Source: Atractiella rhizophila
Taxonomy: Eukaryota
Assembly (NCBI GenBank): GCA_021432655.1
Contig: MU271206.1
Location: 124,001 to 163,239, forward strand
Length of the DNA stretch: 39,239 nt
Direction: 5' to 3'
Below are positions 33,701-39,239 of the stretch, in pieces. The translations under genes and the position numbers were made by a program. Below the pieces are notes generated by a model. The model saw only the letters and a program-made list of their open reading frames with translations, was not told the origin of the DNA and ran no database searches. Within the stretch, counting starts at the first letter, position 1. Each line of letters opens with the position of its first letter.

Positions 33701-36100
33701 CCTCTGTTTTCATGATAAATTCTGATATGCTACAGCCTTCTACATCGTTCACAGCACAAGTCATGCCCCCCCATCTGCCAGAAGTTGCTGAGCTTACGCG
33801 TGGCGAGGAAACTGCGCTCGCCCAAGAGCTGAGGCAGCGATATGGATCGTACGAGTTCTGGGGACAGACAGTCTGGCAGAATGTTGTCGATTCTATTCTG
33901 TCATCACCAACCTGGGCGGGAACAGACACATCCGAACGAATCGACGTGTTGGCCGTTTTCCTGGACGAAATCGATTGGCGACTCGCTGGGGGTCTTGCAC
34001 CGGTAATTATCGAGTGGTTCCGACTCGATCCAGATTTCACCTCTGCCCATCCTCTTGCTCAAGCGAAATCAAACCTCCTCGTGGACCTCCTCATCGCTCT
34101 CGTACACAGGAATGTCGTACCCACGAAGGACCTCCTGAAGGATGTCGTTCTCTCAGCCTGGAACGAGACGGTTGAGATTTACGGCCAGTTCTCCGCTGCA
34201 AGTTTTGATGATTCAGATTCCACAATAATCCGCAACCTATGTCTTCTCACGGCCATCTTACTTGCTGGAGAACCCGTTACGCCTTTGATGAAGTACAGAT
34301 GTGTCGGTGGGAGGAACGAATACTACGAGAAGGATGAGGGGCGTGTATCGACGATGATAGCGAAGACAGTAGTTTTGCAGGCGCTCTCCAAGGCTGGCGG
34401 CAAGCTAGAACTTGCAGAGACAATGGACGCTTTAAGGCACCAGATCATCCGCGATCCATCCTTCTTACATTCTTTCAACTCTAATGTGGAAACAAATACT
34501 CAGTTATTCCTCGCTCCCCTTTCGCTCGATGGTCAAGATCTTCGACCGACAGGCTTTGAAGTTCTGCAAGAGATCTGCGATGGGCACCGTGAGTATTCCG
34601 CACCGCCAGTAGCATCAAAATTTGATATTTGTCCAGCGCTTGACATCTCGAATTTCAATTGGGATGTCTTATTCGCCAAGCCATCAGTTTGGAGTCTCCC
34701 AGCTATGAGCGTCAGTCTACAGTCAAAGCTCGAGCTTATCTCGAAGGGCACCACACCATCGCCGCAGGACATGGACCCTCGTTTTGCAGCAGCTAAAAGT
34801 TTGGTGTCGCGGATCATGGACGAAACTGGATCCGTCCTGGAGGAATTGATCTCATCCCTTCCTATCGAAGTCTCTCAACATGTAGGTCATTCTCGCTTTA
34901 TTAGCTCCCTCCCTCACAATATTGCTAGGTGGCTCTCATCTGCCTAGGGTGGATGGCAGAGGCTGACCTTGAAGCATCCAAGTCCACTCAGCTTGAACGC
35001 ATCCTGTCTCTCCTCATCCAATCATCTAAACTCAACCGCCCAACTCTAGTAAACCAATCAGAACCGGTTCTTTCAGCCTTCCTACAAGACTGGCAAACGA
35101 GTATGGCCTATTGGTCTAGCCCATGTGACTTGACACGAAATGGTGAGAACGTCAAGGCGCATCTAGCTCGACTGCTTTTGGTCTTCAGATGTGCTCCTCT
35201 CTGGATGTGCCCGAACGGCAAATTGCTGAACAATTGCCTTGCGGACATATTCAAATGGGCCATTGTATGTTTTGCCATCTCTTTCTTCGAACTGTGGTTC
35301 ATGGATGGGAACAGGCATGTACGCTTGAACCACAGCCATCTGATCCGCAATTTTTCGACATACTGGTGGACTGCATGCACACCATCCTCCAAGGTACTGT
35401 CTCATGCTTTCCGCGGATTGGTGCTGGGCTGACAAGTCATGAAGATGCCGGCCCCCAGATGCGATCGCACGCTATCCATAGCATTGGTGCAGAATACCAC
35501 CAGGCTCGCGAGCAGCCACGACCTTTCCCGATGTCTGAGCATCATCATACGCGCATAACAGGTCTATTCCCCATTCCCATCAACGATCCCTTCAACCGGT
35601 ATCGGGTGTCGGACGATGGAGAGACATGCACGTCAGAAAGCCCTCTGATGGCGTGGGATCTGGTAGAAAACCTCGACCTAACGAATCGTTTTGTGACCGA
35701 ACCTAACCCGGTGCCTCCATACAATCCCACGTTTATCAACAACGGCTCGATTGACCTGTCCAGCTTTGGTGCAGTCAAGGTCGAACCGAACATGGCCATG
35801 GTCGCTCGTTCCAATCAGGGGAAACCAAACACTCGCAAAGGATTGCAGTCCAATTTCGACTTTGAGATACCATTCCGAGCCCAACCTACATGGGCAAGAG
35901 ACTTTCGGCGCTCTCGATTACCTTTCCCACTTCCCAAAGAGAACAAGATTCGACAGGGAACAACCACCGAGCTCGGGAAACGAAAACAAGCCCCAAAAGC
36001 TTCGAATGAAGTTCTCAACCCTGAAGTCCTCATTGGCTCGAAGAGCTCTGCCCAGCGTAGAGGTTCGGCGACAACTTCTAAAGCAAAAAGGAAACGTTAA
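30780..36100 (+). CDS. MED12: Mediator complex subunit Med12 (Srb8)
   Basis: N-terminal LGHPSFHPPQQGQDED..V.NGY and the Med12 domain FKLPSKITLNEQKRESWLVELSNPSVPLLKLSRTLPHGYKGEKLL..RSVPLERALWFIR, followed by long helical exons ending in a basic tail (KAKRKR). Confidence 0.9.
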
Positions 36101-36638
36101 ATAGTTTAGTGCCACGTGCTCGCATTTCGTATTGTGAACTGCAATCCATCAAGAACTTGAGAACTTGAGCAGTTTGTATTATTCATAGTCTGGCGGGGAA
36201 TCGCATTTTCAAACATATTTTTGACCTTATCGTGGTAACTCTATGTCATGTCAATGTCAATACCTTTGTCTTGTAAAATAATGCCCATGTTTCTGTGGCT
36301 GAATTTCAAATTATCCAGAAAAGTTCGTTCCACAAGGAGCGACCAACATCGCTGGCTTGTCGACAGCTCAAGTGGAAGCAACAGGTCCATCTGCATTCTT
36401 ACGACCCGAACGATCGCACGAGCATAGACCTTCCGAAACACGTTGAGCCCCCCCAGTTTCATGCGCCAGTTTCCCTATTCCAGGCTGATCTTGTTGTTAT
36501 TCATCACAGACTGCAGTTCCCTCTTGCCCATACTCACTAAGTCAACCGTTTGAGAATTTTTTCCTATTTATCGCCTTGTGGCAAAAAGCGCGTCCATGGA
36601 CAATTTCAAGTCTTCTGACGCCGCTCTGTATCTCCAAA

Positions 36639-39239
36639 ATGGTCAGTTACAACCCGCCTTCGGCCCGTGTCACTGATGAGCTGACAGGGTGGCGAGAATC
36701 AATGTCCCGAATGGTGGACTCTTCTCTCGCGGGTGAGTCGGCAAGCGGACATCGATCTAGTTCACAAGCTGACCAACGCCAGATAAACCCGACGTCTGGA
36801 AGGCTTCCACTTCTGCGAAAGGACCGGGAGCATGGACAGGTGGGACGGCACCTTGGTCAGCTAAAGGTTCGTAGACCTCATGTCGAGAAGTATAGGCTGA
36901 CATAAGATACATCGTGAACATAGCTGAAGAGCCCAAGTTTCTCAGCATGCTCTGGGATGCCTGGGATGCCAGTCGACATCAAGAACAAAGCATGCTAACT
37001 GGTTCTCCCTCGATGAAATCTGCGGCCTCCCCAGCTTCTTCCGTTGTCTCAGCTTCCTTCTCATCTTCGGCTTCGCACTGCACCACCTCATCCGCCGATA
37101 CCGATCTCGCTCTTCCCACTGATGCTCTGAACACCTACGCTTCCAGACCGAAGGCAGACCCTGTTTCAACCTATCTCGATGTTGATGGAACGAGTCGGCG
37201 ATCCTCACTTCCCGCTGAGGAAGTGACAGCAACGCGACGGAACGGGCTCCATCCTCATTCTCGAACTATTAATCACCTCGCGGGTGAGGATAGTTTAGCA
37301 GCAGTCTCGAATGAAGATCCTGTACGCGCAATCGACCGAAGTGAGGGAGAAGAGCATATCAAGGAAGTTGATAAGGTGGAGGACCATCGACGTACGGAAC
37401 AGGAATCTGAACTAAAACACAAAGGCAGTCCTAAGTTAGAAGCGCGAATCGAGCAGGAAGAGCGATTGGTGGAGGAAGAGAAGTCGCGTGCGGAAGAAGA
37501 GAGGGCACAGAAAGAGTTGAAGAGACGGAAGAAAGAGGAGAAAGCCATAGCATTTGCTTTAGTTCGTCTTTCCCCCTTCGCCCGAACTAGAGTTGATGCG
37601 GATCAATGGTAGGCTAAGAAGGAGCGGAAAGAGGAGAAGGAACGTCGGTGCGCACTAGTCTCCTCACTCGAACAATCGGTATGATATTCTGATGGCGGTT
37701 GTTTGCGACCAGGCGGCATGAAGAACTGCAGAAACGACGAGAAGAAGAGGAGCTCAAGCTTCGAGCTGAAGCTGAGAAAGAGAATGAACGACGTGCTGTC
37801 GCCGAGGCTGAACAGAGGTATACCCCTCCTTCTTGCTTCATCCCTAAGTAGAAATGAAATGACGAGCTCGGTCCCGTTCAGGAGGAAAGATGAAGAAGCG
37901 GCGGCTCAGGATATTGAGCTTGAACTGATCTCAAATGCAGCGAACGTACGTACCTTCCTATTGTGCCTCTTCCTCCAATCTGTCTCTTCTTAGCTTAGAG
38001 AGGTAATCAGAACATGAATCTATCTTCGACTGGTCGATCGTACTTGGTGGACCCGCTCTCGCGCGAAATCGGGATTTCGAACAGAGGAGAGGAGGATTCG
38101 AGCTCAAAAATTTTCAATGAGCTCCAAAGGCATAGGTCGACTATGTTGCAGAAGAATGTTCGAGAACATGGGTTGGCCGTGTTCAATCCTAATGCTGAAG
38201 ATCGCGAGCAGGTCCGTCCTCCCTCCTCCTCTCATGTCTGATCAATCTCTTTGCTGATTGAAATCAAGGCGAGGCTGCGAAGGTCTGTCCTCAGCAGTAT
38301 CCGGTTTGTTGGGCTGACTTAAGGCTCCTAATTTAAGGAGAATTGAACGAGCCTTGAAGAATCATGAGGACAAGAAGATTGCTTCGAAGGATCTATCTGA
38401 CCCTGCGTACGCCCTTCCATGTTCGGGAAAGAAACCTGTAATCACCGAGCCTGAACGTGTAGAAAATTGAAGGAGAAAGAACTTGCACGCGAAGGACGAA
38501 GAAAGGTGGAAAATCTCTCTAACCTTTTGTCATTTGATGACCGTCGAATATTACATCTAGGAATGGAAAGCGGCAAGCTCGCGCATTCATCAACGAGCAG
38601 AACCGCCACGGTCGTGCTCAAAATGTGGGAAACCCGGTTCGGATGAGGTGAAGATCAAGATCTGCAAAGGCTGTTCGAGGAGAGGGTATTGCGTGCGCTG
38701 TTTCACCAACCCTCCTGCGATGGGAACTAATTGATGGACACCGTACTGCACAGAATAAAGAGTGTCAGCAGGCAGACTGGAAGAAGAGACACAAGGAGCA
38801 GTGCTCTGCGACGAAGACGGTGAAGGAGAAGTCGGTGGAAGACATCCATGAGTGGTCCAAGGTCTGCTTTCCAATCCCTCTTTAACACCGCAAATTATTC
38901 TGAGGAGCTCTGGGTAAAGTTATACGACACTCTCCTCCAGAGGATTAGCGCTGTCGCCCTGAAGATCTACACTCCTCGTGCACTCAATTTGTCTTATGGC
39001 ATTTGTATCACACTGTCCCCAGCCGTGCCCCTTTACCGCATCGACGATACGCCCCTAGCTGATCGCTACAAAGTTCTGTCTGCCAGCGTAGAAGAAGTCG
39101 TTCCTCTTAGCGAAGGTTTGACGCATCTGGAGCAACTGCGTGCATTTCTTCATGGTTCATACAAGCTCATGCGACAGGGCGAGCCTGGATATGCGTTGCT
39201 CAGGATCCGAATACAACGGGAAGAAGGAGACCCGCTCGC
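36639..39239 (+). CDS. MYND-type zinc finger protein with long charged coiled coil (3' end beyond window)
   Basis: Spliced CSKCGKPGSDEVKIKICKGCSRRGYC|NKECQQADWKKRHKEQC (about 38610-38803) matches the zf-MYND consensus. E/K/R-rich coiled-coil exons lie upstream. The start MVSYNPP is inferred. Confidence 0.75.

Overview
Gene-dense fungal genomic DNA, most likely basidiomycete. This is inferred from GT-AG introns of about 45-70 nt with GTRMGT/GTGCGT/GTTCGT donors, CTRAY branch points and many micro-exons. The ORF track is therefore fragmented, and the gene models below were spliced by hand. From left to right: 5' end of a Zn(II)2Cys6 transcription factor (-), intracellular LysM-domain protein (-), hypothetical protein (+), MFS transporter (+), two orphan disordered ORFs (-), AT-hook Rsc7/Swp82 (Npl6-like) chromatin-remodelling subunit (+), full-length ABCC/MRP transporter (-), PTR2/POT peptide transporter (+), Asterix/PAT10-like ER protein (-) head-to-head with a complex I 17.8 kDa-like subunit (+), hypothetical protein (+), Mediator Med12/Srb8 (+), and a MYND-finger protein (+, runs off the end). 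The most unusual signal is non-coding. Three first coding introns (934, 687 and 272 nt) and one 486-nt intron-like segment are 5-20x the local intron size and full of nested helices. Where tested, G-U pairing favours the transcribed strand, and none matched an RNA family I could recognise. No tRNA, rRNA, CRISPR or recognisable transposon was found.
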